64,000 bases of DNA from Verrucomicrobiaceae bacterium. Lineage in GTDB: Bacteria > Verrucomicrobiota > Verrucomicrobiia > Verrucomicrobiales > Akkermansiaceae. The position numbers and the translations under genes were made by a program. Under the pieces are notes generated by a model. That model saw only the letters and a list, made by a program, of their open reading frames with translations, had not been told where the DNA came from and did not search any database. Shown here piece by piece: positions 10,552 through 21,317 of this stretch (position 1 is its first letter; each line of letters begins with the position of its first letter). The DNA lies in contig JBPOGH010000015.1 of the NCBI GenBank assembly GCA_051252135.1, positions 32,001 to 96,000 on the forward strand, written 5' to 3'.

Positions 10552-13500
10552 TTGAAACGTCTCCTCTCCGCCCTCCTCGCGATCACTCTCTCATCCCTCT
10601 CCGCCCAGAATCTTCCCCTCGGCAGCCTCGAAGGCGAAGCCCAGGCCATCGCCGGAAGCCCGCTCATTAAAGTCGTCTCCGTCACCTCCGGAGGCCCCGC
10701 CGACACCGCCGGAATCCAACCCGGCGACATGATCCACGCCGCCGATGGCATCGCCTTCACCGCCACCTCCTCCAGCGCTCTCGATGGCTACCTCGGCGCC
10801 GTCCAGCAACTCGCCATGGCCATCGATCACGCCGAGGGCACCGACGGCCTCCTCACCCTCGACCTCATCCGTAGCGGCACCGGAAATCTCTCCCTCACCG
10901 CAAACCTCGGCACCCCCGGCCCACTCGGACCCGCTTGGCCCGCCGGCTCCACCAAGGCCGATGCCACCTACCAATACTGCATCGACCAAATCAACGCCAA
11001 GGTCGTCGCCAGTTCCTCCGCAGACTTCGGCTACACCTCCGGATGGTTCGGCATCATCCTTCTCTCACACGATGACTGGGCCACCACCTACCGCCCCGCC
11101 ATCGACAAGCTCCGCACCCGCTGCCAGGACTACCTCAACGGCCGCGAATTCGAACCGCTCGAGAACTACTACTCCGACGGCTCCCAAGGCCAACCCACCC
11201 CGGGCGCCATCAGCAACGGCCTCGAAAACTGGGACGTCACCACCAGCGGCATCTTCCTCGCCCTCTACCGCAGCCAAACCGGAGATGCCACTGCCGACAC
11301 CATCGTCCAGACCGCTGCCGAGATGATCGCCCACCGCGTCCAGCACTGGGTCCAGGTCGATGACGACAAGGACGACCCCGTCATCGGTGGCCGCCTCGGC
11401 CGCATGGGCCACGGCGGAGTCGATGGCGACTACTCCCGCAACGGAGGCACCGGTGCCCTCAACATCATCAACGCCCACGCCCTCCCCGCTCTCGCGCTTC
11501 TCCGAAATGCCGGAGCCAACATGTCCCTCAACCTCGGCGATAGCGTCAACGCCTTCTCCTACAACCCCGGTCTCCCTCAGATGACCATCGAAGAAAAAGC
11601 CTACCTCTGCTGGGAAATCATGCGCGAAGGCACCCGCTTCGATAACGGCAATGACGATGGCAACGTCGGCTACGTCGGCATTCAAAGCGGCTACGATAGC
11701 ACCGGCCGCACCGGCGGTTCCTTCGCCGGTTGGAAACTCTACGGCTTCCCCGCTCCCACTGCCGATGACACGGACCGCGCCCAGCGCCAGGAAGACTACC
11801 TCATCCGCATGTGGAAACGCCAACAGCACGCCCACGCCTACACCCTCGGCGGCATCGCCCTCTCCCAGATGGCCATGCCCTTTCTCTCCAACACCCGCGG
11901 CGAACGCTTCCATCAGGAAAACTCCCGCATGTTCGCCGCCCTCTGCCGCAAGAGCGACAACTCCGTCAGCTACATCCCCGGCCGTCAAAATAACGGCGGC
12001 GACAGCTACCTCAATTACACCAACGTCGCCCTCGTCAACGCCGCCATCCCCCACGCCTTCCGAAAGGGCAACCTCCCCGGCTTCCCCGCTCCCGCCGCCG
12101 ACTCACGCTCGCTCGTCTGGATGAAATCCCCCGTGAACACCTGGCCCGCCCTCGACGCCCGCCAGGTCAAGGTCACCGGCGCACTCACTTCCACCCTCGA
12201 TGTCGTGGTCACGGACGAGGACGGCTCCCTCATCGCCCCCGCCAACTACACCGCCCAGTGGACCAGCACCGATGGCGCCACCTTCACCTCACCCACCACC
12301 ACCGCCACCGACATCTCCTTCCCCGGCGATGGCACCTTCCGCGCCACCCTCGAGGTCACCCGCAATGCCACCACCACCACCGAGCCCTACGATTTCATCG
12401 TCAAGGAAACCCCAACCGTTTCGAACATCCCGCCCTCCATCGTCATCCAACCCACCGGCGGAAGTCTCGATCAGGGCGAATCCATCACCCTCGATTTCAC
12501 CACCCAGGGCACCGCCCCTCTCGTCTATCAATGGCAGCGCAATGGCGAAGATGTCGGCAGCTCCCAAACCACCCCCGCCCTCACGATCGAAAACGCCTCC
12601 GCCGGATCAGCCGGCACCTACACCTGCATCGTCACCAATGCCTACGGCGTCGTCACCACCAACCCCGTCACCATCTCCATCAACGGTATCGGTGGCTTTG
12701 TCGTCGGCGGGCTCTGGCAGGACATCTTCACCGACATCGCCGGAAGCAGCGTCACCGACCTCACCTCCTCTCCTAAATTCCCCGGCACCCCCGATGCCAG
12801 CGGCCCCCTTTCCCTCCCCGAATCCACCCCCAATTACGGAGGAAATTACGGCCAACGTTGGAGCGGCTGGATCACTCCCGATGAGTCCGGCGACTACCGC
12901 TTTTATCTCGCCACCGATGACGCCAGCGAGCTCTACCTCTCCACCACCGACAAACGAGCCGACCGCGTCCTCATCGCCTCGGAAAATTCCTGGAACGGCT
13001 CCCGCACCTGGAGCAGCGCCGAGACCTCCGCCAACATCCCCCTCGTCGCCGGTCAACGCTACTTCATCGAACTCCTCCATAAAGAAGGAGGTGGCGGTGA
13101 CAACGCCGCCTTCACCTGGGCCAAGGCCAACATCATCGGAATATTTATCGATCCCGCCGATGATTCACTCCCCCTCGCCTCTCCCGGAGCTGTCCTCGAA
13201 TATCAGGTCGGCGGCACTCTCGACGACCAGGCCACCCCTCCCGCCGACTACCCACCCATTGCCGATGACCAAACCCTCACCGTCTTCGGCACCACTCCCC
13301 TCAGCTTCACCCTCACCGGATCGGATTACGAAAACCCCGCCCCCACCTTCTCCATCTCCCAACAACCCGCCCACGGCACCCTCTCCGGCACCGCTCCCAA
13401 TCTCACCTACACCCCCACCGGCTCACCCACCGAACCCGACATCTTGAAATTCCGCGTCAACGACGGCACCCAGGATTCGCCCGAAGCCACCGTCACCTTC

Positions 13501-15291
13501 GTCCGCATCAACGAGTCCGCCGCCAACCTCATCGAATGGGACGGCTCCGAATCCTCACGCGATTGGTCCACTGCTCTCAACTGGGTTGGCGACACCGCTC
13601 CCACCGCCACTCAAAGCGCCCTCTTCCACACCGCTTCCTTGGTCAGTTCCGACACCAATCTCGATGCCGACCGCACCATCAAACGCCTCGTCGTCGCTGC
13701 CGCACCCGACCCCATCGATATCGGAGGCACCGGCGTCACTCTCACTCTAACAGAAGGGGTCGAAATGCGATCCGCTGCCCGGGATGTCACTTCCCAAGTC
13801 AGCCTCGCCCTCGCCGCCGATCAAACTTTTGCCATCGGCGATTCCAGAACCCTCACCCTCAACAGCGGACTCGCCGGAGACCACACCCTCACCAAAACCG
13901 GACCCGGCACACTCCGCATCAACAACGTCAGTTCCCGCACCAGCCCCATCATTGTCAGCGAGGGCACCCTCGAACTCGGCGGCGGCGGTTGGTATCAAGG
14001 CTACGTCGGTGGCCGGAGCACCATCACGGTTCAAGCCGGAGCCACCCTCATCAATATCAACAGCCACTCCTTCGGCAGCAGCAACAACGCCAACCGCGAC
14101 GCCATCATCAACGGCGGCAGCTTCCTCCTCGATGGCGGCACTTACTTCGATGACTTCACCCTCACCGCCGGCCACATTGGAAATACCGATGGCGGCTCCG
14201 GCAACATCCGCGCCCGCAGCGGCTCCGGAACCACCATCACCATCCTCGAATCGGATCACTCCTCTCTCATCGATTGCGAGTTCGACCTCACCGGCAGCGC
14301 CATCCTGGACATCGCCGATGGCACCCACGCCAACGATCTCGTCATCTCCGCCGCCATCACCGGCTCAAACACCCTCACCAAGGAAGGCGACGGCAACCTC
14401 CTCCTCACCGCCACCTCCAGCCACTCCGGCACCTTCTCGCTCGACCTCGGATCAATGACCGTCCTCGGCTCACTCGCCAGCAACACCACCCTCGCCGGCG
14501 GCACCGTCCTCGATGGCACCGGCACCCTCGCTTCCGTCATCAACGACGGACAAATCCTCCCCGGCCTCAACGGCCCCGGCGTCATCAATATCACCACCCT
14601 CAATCACCAGGCCGCCGGAGTCATCGTCTGCGAGATCGGCGGCACCAGCCCCGGCACCCAACACGACCAACTCGCCTCCACCGGAACCGTCACCCTCAAC
14701 GGCGCCCTCGACATCCAGCTCATCAATTCCTTCATCCCCGCCATCGGCGACTCCTTCACCGTCCTCTCCGCCAATTCCCGCATCGGAAAATTCTCCACCG
14801 TCAACCTCCCCGCCCTCCCCGCCGGACGCGAGTGGATCACCACCTACTCCCCCTCCGGCCTCTCCCTCTCCGTCGTCGCCACCACCGCCTTCCATAACTG
14901 GCAAAAATCCCACTGGCCCACCGACCACGGCCAACCCGAAATCGCCGGCCCCCTCGTCGACTTCGACCTCGACGGCCTCAGCAATCTTACCGAGTACGCC
15001 ATCGGCTTCGACCCCCGCCTCAACTCCATCCCCTCCGGCCAATCAAAACCCGGCGTCATCGAAAAAGACGGAGCAAACATTTTCTCCTACCCCAAAAACC
15101 CCGCCGCCACCGATGTCTCCTACCGCATCCTCGAAAGCGACGACCTCGGCCAAACCGACCCCTGGACCCTCTCCCCCGTCGCCCCCACCCAAGCCACCGA
15201 CGGCTCCGGCAACATCACCATGGAAATGCCCGTCACCGCCACCGAGCCCCACCGCTTCTACCGCCTCGAAGTCACTCTAACAAATCCCTAG
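10552..15291 (+). CDS. Large secreted multidomain protein: PDZ, DUF6288-like alpha-helical domain, Ig, PA14, Big_9-like, autotransporter-associated beta-strand repeats, C-terminal domain
   Basis: TTG start MKRLLSALLA... (ORF open from 10519); GPADTAGIQPGDMI (PDZ); YQWQRNG...GTYTCIVTN (Ig); GDYRFYLATDDASELYL (PA14); LTKTGPGTL and LTKEGDGNL repeats; RFYRLEV end. Confidence 0.85.
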   Translation: MKRLLSALLAITLSSLSAQNLPLGSLEGEAQAIAGSPLIKVVSVTSGGPADTAGIQPGDMIHAADGIAFTATSSSALDGYLGAVQQLAMAIDHAEGTDGLLTLDLIRSGTGNLSLTANLGTPGPLGPAWPAGSTKADATYQYCIDQINAKVVASSSADFGYTSGWFGIILLSHDDWATTYRPAIDKLRTRCQDYLNGREFEPLENYYSDGSQGQPTPGAISNGLENWDVTTSGIFLALYRSQTGDATADTIVQTAAEMIAHRVQHWVQVDDDKDDPVIGGRLGRMGHGGVDGDYSRNGGTGALNIINAHALPALALLRNAGANMSLNLGDSVNAFSYNPGLPQMTIEEKAYLCWEIMREGTRFDNGNDDGNVGYVGIQSGYDSTGRTGGSFAGWKLYGFPAPTADDTDRAQRQEDYLIRMWKRQQHAHAYTLGGIALSQMAMPFLSNTRGERFHQENSRMFAALCRKSDNSVSYIPGRQNNGGDSYLNYTNVALVNAAIPHAFRKGNLPGFPAPAADSRSLVWMKSPVNTWPALDARQVKVTGALTSTLDVVVTDEDGSLIAPANYTAQWTSTDGATFTSPTTTATDISFPGDGTFRATLEVTRNATTTTEPYDFIVKETPTVSNIPPSIVIQPTGGSLDQGESITLDFTTQGTAPLVYQWQRNGEDVGSSQTTPALTIENASAGSAGTYTCIVTNAYGVVTTNPVTISINGIGGFVVGGLWQDIFTDIAGSSVTDLTSSPKFPGTPDASGPLSLPESTPNYGGNYGQRWSGWITPDESGDYRFYLATDDASELYLSTTDKRADRVLIASENSWNGSRTWSSAETSANIPLVAGQRYFIELLHKEGGGGDNAAFTWAKANIIGIFIDPADDSLPLASPGAVLEYQVGGTLDDQATPPADYPPIADDQTLTVFGTTPLSFTLTGSDYENPAPTFSISQQPAHGTLSGTAPNLTYTPTGSPTEPDILKFRVNDGTQDSPEATVTFVRINESAANLIEWDGSESSRDWSTALNWVGDTAPTATQSALFHTASLVSSDTNLDADRTIKRLVVAAAPDPIDIGGTGVTLTLTEGVEMRSAARDVTSQVSLALAADQTFAIGDSRTLTLNSGLAGDHTLTKTGPGTLRINNVSSRTSPIIVSEGTLELGGGGWYQGYVGGRSTITVQAGATLININSHSFGSSNNANRDAIINGGSFLLDGGTYFDDFTLTAGHIGNTDGGSGNIRARSGSGTTITILESDHSSLIDCEFDLTGSAILDIADGTHANDLVISAAITGSNTLTKEGDGNLLLTATSSHSGTFSLDLGSMTVLGSLASNTTLAGGTVLDGTGTLASVINDGQILPGLNGPGVINITTLNHQAAGVIVCEIGGTSPGTQHDQLASTGTVTLNGALDIQLINSFIPAIGDSFTVLSANSRIGKFSTVNLPALPAGREWITTYSPSGLSLSVVATTAFHNWQKSHWPTDHGQPEIAGPLVDFDLDGLSNLTEYAIGFDPRLNSIPSGQSKPGVIEKDGANIFSYPKNPAATDVSYRILESDDLGQTDPWTLSPVAPTQATDGSGNITMEMPVTATEPHRFYRLEVTLTNP

Positions 15292-15377
15292 CCCCGCTTT
15301 CAAAATCTCAAAACCCACCACTCCCCCCTCTTCTGTAATACAGATATCACTTTCGCCCCTACACTCTTAAAAAACCA

Positions 15378-15405
15378 TTGCCTCCCCCATCCCTCTCTCT
15401 AGCGT
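15378..15405 (+). promoter_or_regulatory. Candidate sigma70 promoter of hppA
   Basis: TTGCCT-16 bp-TAGCGT; the same -10 hexamer occurs upstream of tig. Confidence 0.4.
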
Positions 15406-15447
15406 CATCCATTATCCGAAAGGACTTTCCCCACCCATCACTCATCC

Positions 15448-17535
15448 GTGCCTGAATACATCACCCCCCTTCTCGGCCTCGTTGGCCTCCTCTTCGCCGG
15501 CTTAATCCTCCGCAACATCGTCAGTCGCGATGGTGGAGAAGGAAACACCGCCGCCATCGCCGAAAAAATCCACCGCGGGGCCATGGTCTTCATGCGCCGT
15601 GAATTCAAGCTCATCTCCTGCTTTGCCGTCGTCATCGGCCTCGCCATCTACTTCTTCCAGGATCAGGCCTTCGGCAAACAACAATCCCTCGCCTTCTTCC
15701 TCGGCTGCCTCGCCTCCTCCGCCGCCGGATTCATCGGCATGTACACCGCCACCAAGGCCAACGTCCGCACCGCTCTCGCCGCCAAAAACAAGGGCGCTTC
15801 CGAAGCCCTCACCGTCGCCTTCTTCGGTGGCTCCGTCATGGGGCTCACCGTCGCCTCCATGGGCCTCCTCGGCCTCGGCGGACTCTACGCCTACTACATC
15901 TCCCACCCCGCCCACCTCGCCGAAATCCTCGAAGGCTTCGCCATGGGCGCTTCCCTCGTCGCCCTCTTCTACCGCGTCGGCGGAGGCATCTTCACGAAGG
16001 CCGCCGATGTCGGAGCCGACCTCGTCGGAAAAGTTGAAGCCGGCATTCCCGAGGACGACCCCCGCAACCCCGGAGTCATCGCCGATAACGTCGGTGACAA
16101 TGTCGGCGACGTCGCCGGAATGGGCTCGGATATCTTCGAGTCCTACTGCGGAGCACAAATCGCCACCCTCGCCATCGGCGCCTCCCTCGGCGCACGCGTG
16201 GCCGAAGCCGGAGCCAACTCTCCCGCCGCCGCCGCTCTCATCGAAAAGCTCGGTGCCACCGGAAACGAATCCATCCTTCTCCAGCTCCCCCTCATCCTCA
16301 CCACCGTCGGACTCCTCTGCTCCATCCTCGGCATCTTCCTCGTTCGCACCCTCTCCGATAAGGACCCCGCCAAAGCCCTCCGCTTCGGCACCATCGGCTC
16401 CGCCATCCTCTTCATCATCGCCTCCTTCATCATCGGCTCCTCCCTTGGACTTTCCACCAACATCGCCTGCGCCGTCCTCGCCGGAGCCGTCGGCGGCATC
16501 ATCATCGGACTCGTCACCGAGCACTACACCGGTGGCGCTCCCGTTCGTGAAATCGCCCATCAGGGCGAAACCGGTGTGGCCACCCTCATGATCTCCGGCC
16601 TTTCCATCGGCCTCCGATCAGTCGTCGTCCCCCTCTTCACCATCGCCGCCACCATCTACATCTCTTACGAGTTCTGCGGCCTCTACGGCGTCGGCCTCGC
16701 CGCTGTCGGCATGCTCGGCACCGTCGGCATCACCATGGCCATCGACGCCTACGGACCCGTCGCCGACAACGCCGGCGGCATCGCCGAAATGGCCAAGATG
16801 GGCCCCGAGACCCGCGCCATCACCGATGGCCTCGACGCCGTCGGCAACACCACCGCCGCCATCGGCAAAGGCTTCGCCATCGGAGCCGCCGGCCTCGCCG
16901 CCCTCGCCCTCATCACCGCCTTCATCCAGAAGACGGAAATCTCCCTCAACCTCGCCAATCCCGATGACCTCCGCATCTTCTTCGTTGGCCTCATGATTGG
17001 TGGAGCCATCCCATTCCTCAACGGTGCCATCACCATGAACGCCGTCGGTGAAGCCGCCTTCGAAATGATCACCGAAATCCGCCGCCAGTTCCGCGAAATC
17101 CCCGGCATCCTCGAAGGCACCGCCGAACCCGAAACGGACAAGTGCATCGATATCGCCACCGCCGCCGCCACCCGCCGCATGATCGGACCCGCCCTCCTCG
17201 CCGTCGGCACCCCGCTCATCGTCGGATTCGGCTTCGAATACATCGGCGCCGAAGGCACCCAATCCGGAGCCAAAGCCCTCGCCGGAACCCTCTGCGGCGC
17301 CCTCCTCGGCTGCGTCCTCCTCGCCCTCATGATGTCCAACGCCGGTGGCGCCTGGGACAACGCCAAGAAATACATCGAAGACGGCCACAACGGCGGAAAA
17401 GGCTCCGAAACTCACGCCGCCAGCGTTGTCGGCGACACCGTAGGCGACCCCCTCAAGGACACCTCCGGCCCCTCCATGAACATCCTCATCAATGTCATGG
17501 CCATCGTCAGCCTCGTCATCGCCGGCCTCCTCTAA
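15448..17535 (+). CDS. hppA: Membrane-bound K+-dependent, probably Na+-translocating, pyrophosphatase
   Basis: [41 protein letters not shown] (Ala = K+-dependent), SDIFES. Confidence 0.95.
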   Translation: MPEYITPLLGLVGLLFAGLILRNIVSRDGGEGNTAAIAEKIHRGAMVFMRREFKLISCFAVVIGLAIYFFQDQAFGKQQSLAFFLGCLASSAAGFIGMYTATKANVRTALAAKNKGASEALTVAFFGGSVMGLTVASMGLLGLGGLYAYYISHPAHLAEILEGFAMGASLVALFYRVGGGIFTKAADVGADLVGKVEAGIPEDDPRNPGVIADNVGDNVGDVAGMGSDIFESYCGAQIATLAIGASLGARVAEAGANSPAAAALIEKLGATGNESILLQLPLILTTVGLLCSILGIFLVRTLSDKDPAKALRFGTIGSAILFIIASFIIGSSLGLSTNIACAVLAGAVGGIIIGLVTEHYTGGAPVREIAHQGETGVATLMISGLSIGLRSVVVPLFTIAATIYISYEFCGLYGVGLAAVGMLGTVGITMAIDAYGPVADNAGGIAEMAKMGPETRAITDGLDAVGNTTAAIGKGFAIGAAGLAALALITAFIQKTEISLNLANPDDLRIFFVGLMIGGAIPFLNGAITMNAVGEAAFEMITEIRRQFREIPGILEGTAEPETDKCIDIATAAATRRMIGPALLAVGTPLIVGFGFEYIGAEGTQSGAKALAGTLCGALLGCVLLALMMSNAGGAWDNAKKYIEDGHNGGKGSETHAASVVGDTVGDPLKDTSGPSMNILINVMAIVSLVIAGLL

Positions 17536-18707
17536 CAACTCGCCGAAATCAGGCACTCCTTCACCTCCCGCGAGGAGTCGCCCTTACGCCCCATCGTCTT
17601 GTGGTCGTAGTCGATCTCCTCGTAGTCGATGCGGTAACCCGCAAGCGTCCCCCCCGCGATCTTGAGCAATTCCTCCAGCTCAATCATTCCTGTATTGGAA
17701 TAGGAAAGCACCAAGCTCGATCCACTTTTCCGGACCCCCTCAAACAGCGCCTCAAACGCCCCCGCCACCTGCGACCGGATCGAAAACGGAGACTGATGCC
17801 TCCCCTCCCGATAACGCCCTTTCACCGTCGCACCCGACTTCTGCTGTAGCTCAGGATAATCGTAAAGAACGACCGTCTCCAGCGCGTGATAAAACCGGCT
17901 GTAATGCACAAAGCAATACGGCGGGTCCGCATACACCGTGCACTCGGGCAGCGACCCCAACCGCTCCGCAAAGTCCAATCGCGTGATCTCATGCTGATAC
18001 ACCGGTGCCTCCGACGGCAGCCCTCCAAAAACCGCATCAAACTTCCGCGCAAAGTACTCCGGCAAGGACCGCCGCCGATAAATCAAAATATCCTTCAGCG
18101 ACGACGCATTCTTCGCATCACGATACTGCGCAAAGTGACCCGTCCCCTGACTGCAATACGCCATCGCATACATCAACGATGACAAAATCAACGACGCACA
18201 CGGCTCCCCCTTCCTCACCTCATAAACCTGTCGCAACGCATCAATCCACAGGCACTGCTCCACACTCCACCACGTCCCCGAGTAGTTCTTCGTGAACAAA
18301 TGATAGTCCGCCCCAAATGTCTGCCCCACCAAAAGCCGACTCCGTTCTTCCGACTCCACAAAGTCGTCCAGCGAAGGGTCCTCATAATCCACCTCGCCAC
18401 TCCCCGACTCCTTCCGCAAGACCTCCACATGCGCCCGCGCCTCATCCAAAATCCCCTCCGCACTCACGTCCCCATCCCGATAACAATTCAGATACGTCTC
18501 CGCCAACACCCCGGAATACGCCTGAATATCATTCGAAAACATCCGCACCTGCCCCGCCAACGCTCCTGACAACGAGCAAGACCCCGCAAACAAATCACAA
18601 ACCCCCGCCCCCTTCTCCACCGCCGCCACCTTCTCCACCACCCGGTCGATCAACTTCGTCTTCGACCCCATATACTTGATATAGTGCTCGAAGGGCTCCG
18701 CGGTCAA
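17532..18707 (-). CDS. Adenine-specific DNA methyltransferase (D12/FokI-like), orphan; start uncertain
   Basis: IKYMGSK, DLFAGS (SAM motif I), DPPY catalytic motif, LVLSYS. Confidence 0.85.
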   Translation of the reverse strand: MTAEPFEHYIKYMGSKTKLIDRVVEKVAAVEKGAGVCDLFAGSCSLSGALAGQVRMFSNDIQAYSGVLAETYLNCYRDGDVSAEGILDEARAHVEVLRKESGSGEVDYEDPSLDDFVESEERSRLLVGQTFGADYHLFTKNYSGTWWSVEQCLWIDALRQVYEVRKGEPCASLILSSLMYAMAYCSQGTGHFAQYRDAKNASSLKDILIYRRRSLPEYFARKFDAVFGGLPSEAPVYQHEITRLDFAERLGSLPECTVYADPPYCFVHYSRFYHALETVVLYDYPELQQKSGATVKGRYREGRHQSPFSIRSQVAGAFEALFEGVRKSGSSLVLSYSNTGMIELEELLKIAGGTLAGYRIDYEEIDYDHKTMGRKGDSSREVKECLISASC

Positions 18708-18785
18708 AGAAAGCTCTGGGTTGATACCGTGGTATCCTAAAATCACCTCGCTAGACTGCAAGGTCGAACCTCCCCCCTCTCTCAA

Positions 18786-18819
18786 AAAGCGAAAAGCCAA
18801 CCGCCAAAAGCCAACCGCT
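18786..18819 (+). repeat. Short tandem repeat (AAAAGCCAACCGC x2)
   Basis: aaaagcgaaaagccaaccgccaaaagccaaccgc. Confidence 0.5.
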
Positions 18820-18944
18820 CAAATTCCCATCCATCTGCAAACCTCCCCCATCCCTCACTCCCCTCCTCTCTCCATCCCTCCTTCCCAATCCTCTTTCCCC
18901 TTTATCCCCCACCACCCTTCCCATACTCTTCTTCCCTCAACCCT

Positions 18945-19619
18945 ATGCCTGCTGTCCTAGTCGTCGAAGACGAACCCGCCATCGCGGACACCCTCGTCTA
19001 TGCCCTGAAAACCGAAAACTTCTCGGTCACCCACCTCACCACCGGTGGCGAAGCCCTCGCTCATTGCGAAAAAAACACCCCTGATCTCGTCGTCCTCGAT
19101 ATCGGCCTCCCCGACATCCTCGGCTTCGATGTCTGCCGCGGCATCCGCGAGTTCTCCAACGTCCCCATCCTCTTCCTCACCGCCCGTGACTCCGAGATCG
19201 ACCACGTCCTCGGCCTCGAACTCGGCGCGGACGACTACGTCACCAAACCCTTCTCCCCCCGCACCGTCGTCGCCCGCATCCGCGCCATCCTTCGCCGCGG
19301 CGGAGTCGTCGAGGCACCCGAAGCCCCCTCCACTCTCCTCCACCACTGCAAGGACACCATGACCATCCTCTGCTCCGGCAAAAATCTCGATCTCACCGCA
19401 CACGAATACAAACTCCTCGCCATCCTCCTCGCCCACCCCAACCGCGTCTACACCCGCGAACAACTCCTCGAAAAAGCCTGGGACGACCCCGGCTCCGCCA
19501 TGGACCGCACCATCGACGCCCACATCAAGTCCCTCCGCTCCAAACTTCGCGTCCACTCCGAACAAGCCGCCGAAACAATCCAAACCCGCCGCGGCCTCGG
19601 CTACGCTCTCGTCCTGTAG
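18945..19619 (+). CDS. creB: OmpR-family response regulator, CreB-like
   Basis: VEDEPAIADTLVYAL, LDIGLPD, GADDYVTKPFSPR, DRTIDAHIKSLRSKL; adjacent to CreC-like kinase. Confidence 0.8.
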   Translation: MPAVLVVEDEPAIADTLVYALKTENFSVTHLTTGGEALAHCEKNTPDLVVLDIGLPDILGFDVCRGIREFSNVPILFLTARDSEIDHVLGLELGADDYVTKPFSPRTVVARIRAILRRGGVVEAPEAPSTLLHHCKDTMTILCSGKNLDLTAHEYKLLAILLAHPNRVYTREQLLEKAWDDPGSAMDRTIDAHIKSLRSKLRVHSEQAAETIQTRRGLGYALVL

Positions 19620-21059
19620 ATGAGACTCACCCGCGTCACCCTCTTCTTCGTCGTCCTCATTCTGGGCCTCGGATTCTACCGCGTCATCGACTACCTCCTC
19701 GCCGACCTCGAGTTCCAGACCTTCCAGGCCACCGAGGAATCCATGGTCGACTCCTCAAACATCATCGCCGCCATGGTCGAAGCCCATTGGGACGAAGACC
19801 CCGTCGCCACCCTCGATAACATCTTCACCGGTGCCAACGCCCGGGAATTTGAAGCCCTCATCTTCCAAAAACTCAAATCCCGGGTCGGCCTCCACGCCTA
19901 CCTCACCGACGCCTCCGGCACCATCCTCTACGATTCGGGAAACCCCGATAACGTCGGAAAAGACTTCCTCAAATGGCGCGACGTCAGACTCACCCTCAGT
20001 GGCGAATACGGCACCCGCTCCTCCCGCGCCGATGAAGACGACCCCGACTCCTCCGTCATGTTCATCGGCGCCCCCATTCACCAAAATGGCGAAATCGTCG
20101 GCTGCCTCAGCGTCTACAAGGCCCAGTCCGACGTCCTCCCCTTCGTCAAAGAACGTCGCCGCCAAATCATTCAGGGCGTCGCCCTCATCGGCCTCGGCAT
20201 CTTCGCCCTCATCACCGCCGTCTTCGTCTGGCTCTTCCGCCCCGTCGGCCAACTTACCGATTACGCCCGCTCCATCACCCGCGGCGAACGCCTCGCCAAA
20301 CCCGACGTCGGACATGGCCGCGAAGTCAACACCCTCGCCGACGCCCTCCACGACATGCGTAAATCCCTCGAAGGCCGCGAGCACATCGAGCAATACATCC
20401 AGACCCTCACCCACGAACTCAAATCCCCCCTCGCCGCCATCCAGGGAGCCGCCGAACTCCTCAATGAGGACATGCCTCTGGAAGATCGCGCCCGCTTTCT
20501 CGAGAACATCCGCTCCCAAACCGCCCGCTGCGAACGCCTCACCCACCGCCTTCTCGAGCTCTCCGCCGTCGAAGCCCAATCCAGCCTCGAACACATCCAT
20601 GAGTTCGATCTCGTGGCCCGCGTCCAACGCAGCCTCACCCAGCTTCGCCCGCTCGCCGAAGCCCAACAAATCACCATCGACTCCCACCTCCCCCCTTCAC
20701 AAAACTACCGCGGCAACGAACTCCTCATCGGCTCCGCCCTCAATCATCTCCTCGAAAACGCCGTCCAATTCACCCCCGCAAAAAGCACCATCTCCCTCTC
20801 CCTGGAATCAAGCGGAGACGCCCTCACCATCACCATCCGCGACCAAGGCCCCGGCATTCCGGACTTCGCCCAAAAACGCGCCTTCGAACGCTTCTACTCC
20901 TACCGCCCCGCCGAACAGGAGATCGAAAAAGGCAACGGCCTCGGACTCGCTTTCGTCCATGAGGTCGCCGACCTCCACCACGGCACCGCCACCCTCGCCA
21001 ACCACCCCGCCGGCGGAGCCATCGCCACCCTCTCCCTTCCGCTTCCAGCCAAGGACTAA
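19620..21059 (+). CDS. creC: Sensor histidine kinase, CreC-like
   Basis: Two TM segments, WRDVRLTLSGEYGTRSS, YIQTLTHELKSPLAAI H-box, DQGPGIPDFA, GNGLGL. Confidence 0.85.
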   Translation: MRLTRVTLFFVVLILGLGFYRVIDYLLADLEFQTFQATEESMVDSSNIIAAMVEAHWDEDPVATLDNIFTGANAREFEALIFQKLKSRVGLHAYLTDASGTILYDSGNPDNVGKDFLKWRDVRLTLSGEYGTRSSRADEDDPDSSVMFIGAPIHQNGEIVGCLSVYKAQSDVLPFVKERRRQIIQGVALIGLGIFALITAVFVWLFRPVGQLTDYARSITRGERLAKPDVGHGREVNTLADALHDMRKSLEGREHIEQYIQTLTHELKSPLAAIQGAAELLNEDMPLEDRARFLENIRSQTARCERLTHRLLELSAVEAQSSLEHIHEFDLVARVQRSLTQLRPLAEAQQITIDSHLPPSQNYRGNELLIGSALNHLLENAVQFTPAKSTISLSLESSGDALTITIRDQGPGIPDFAQKRAFERFYSYRPAEQEIEKGNGLGLAFVHEVADLHHGTATLANHPAGGAIATLSLPLPAKD

Positions 21060-21063
21060 AGAT

Positions 21064-21101
21064 TTCTCACAATCTTCATCTTCGGATCATCATATCTTCA
21101 C
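21064..21101 (+). promoter_or_regulatory. cre-tag-like direct repeats (11 bp period)
   Basis: TTCTC (21064), TTCAT (21075), ATCAT (21086), TTCAC (21097); E. coli cre tag is TTCAC-N6-TTCAC. Confidence 0.5.
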
Positions 21102-21123
21102 ATAAGGAAATCATGGTCCCCCC

Positions 21124-21312
21124 ATGATCATTCTTCGCACGCCCGATCTCGCCCTCCTCGCCGGCATCCTCACTCTCGTCTTCGCCCTTCAAAAAGAAGA
21201 CCCCGTTCCCAGGGCCGAACCCCTCCCGGTCCACCCCGCCTCCTGGTCTGACCCGCAACCGGAGCCCATCCCCCAAATCGAAGAAGAATCACCCCTCACT
21301 CCCTGGTTCTAA
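21124..21312 (+). CDS. Small membrane-anchored, Pro-rich hypothetical protein
   Basis: 62 aa; N-terminal hydrophobic segment; ends 5 nt before the next gene. Confidence 0.5.
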   Translation: MIILRTPDLALLAGILTLVFALQKEDPVPRAEPLPVHPASWSDPQPEPIPQIEEESPLTPWF

Positions 21313-21317
21313 CCGAA

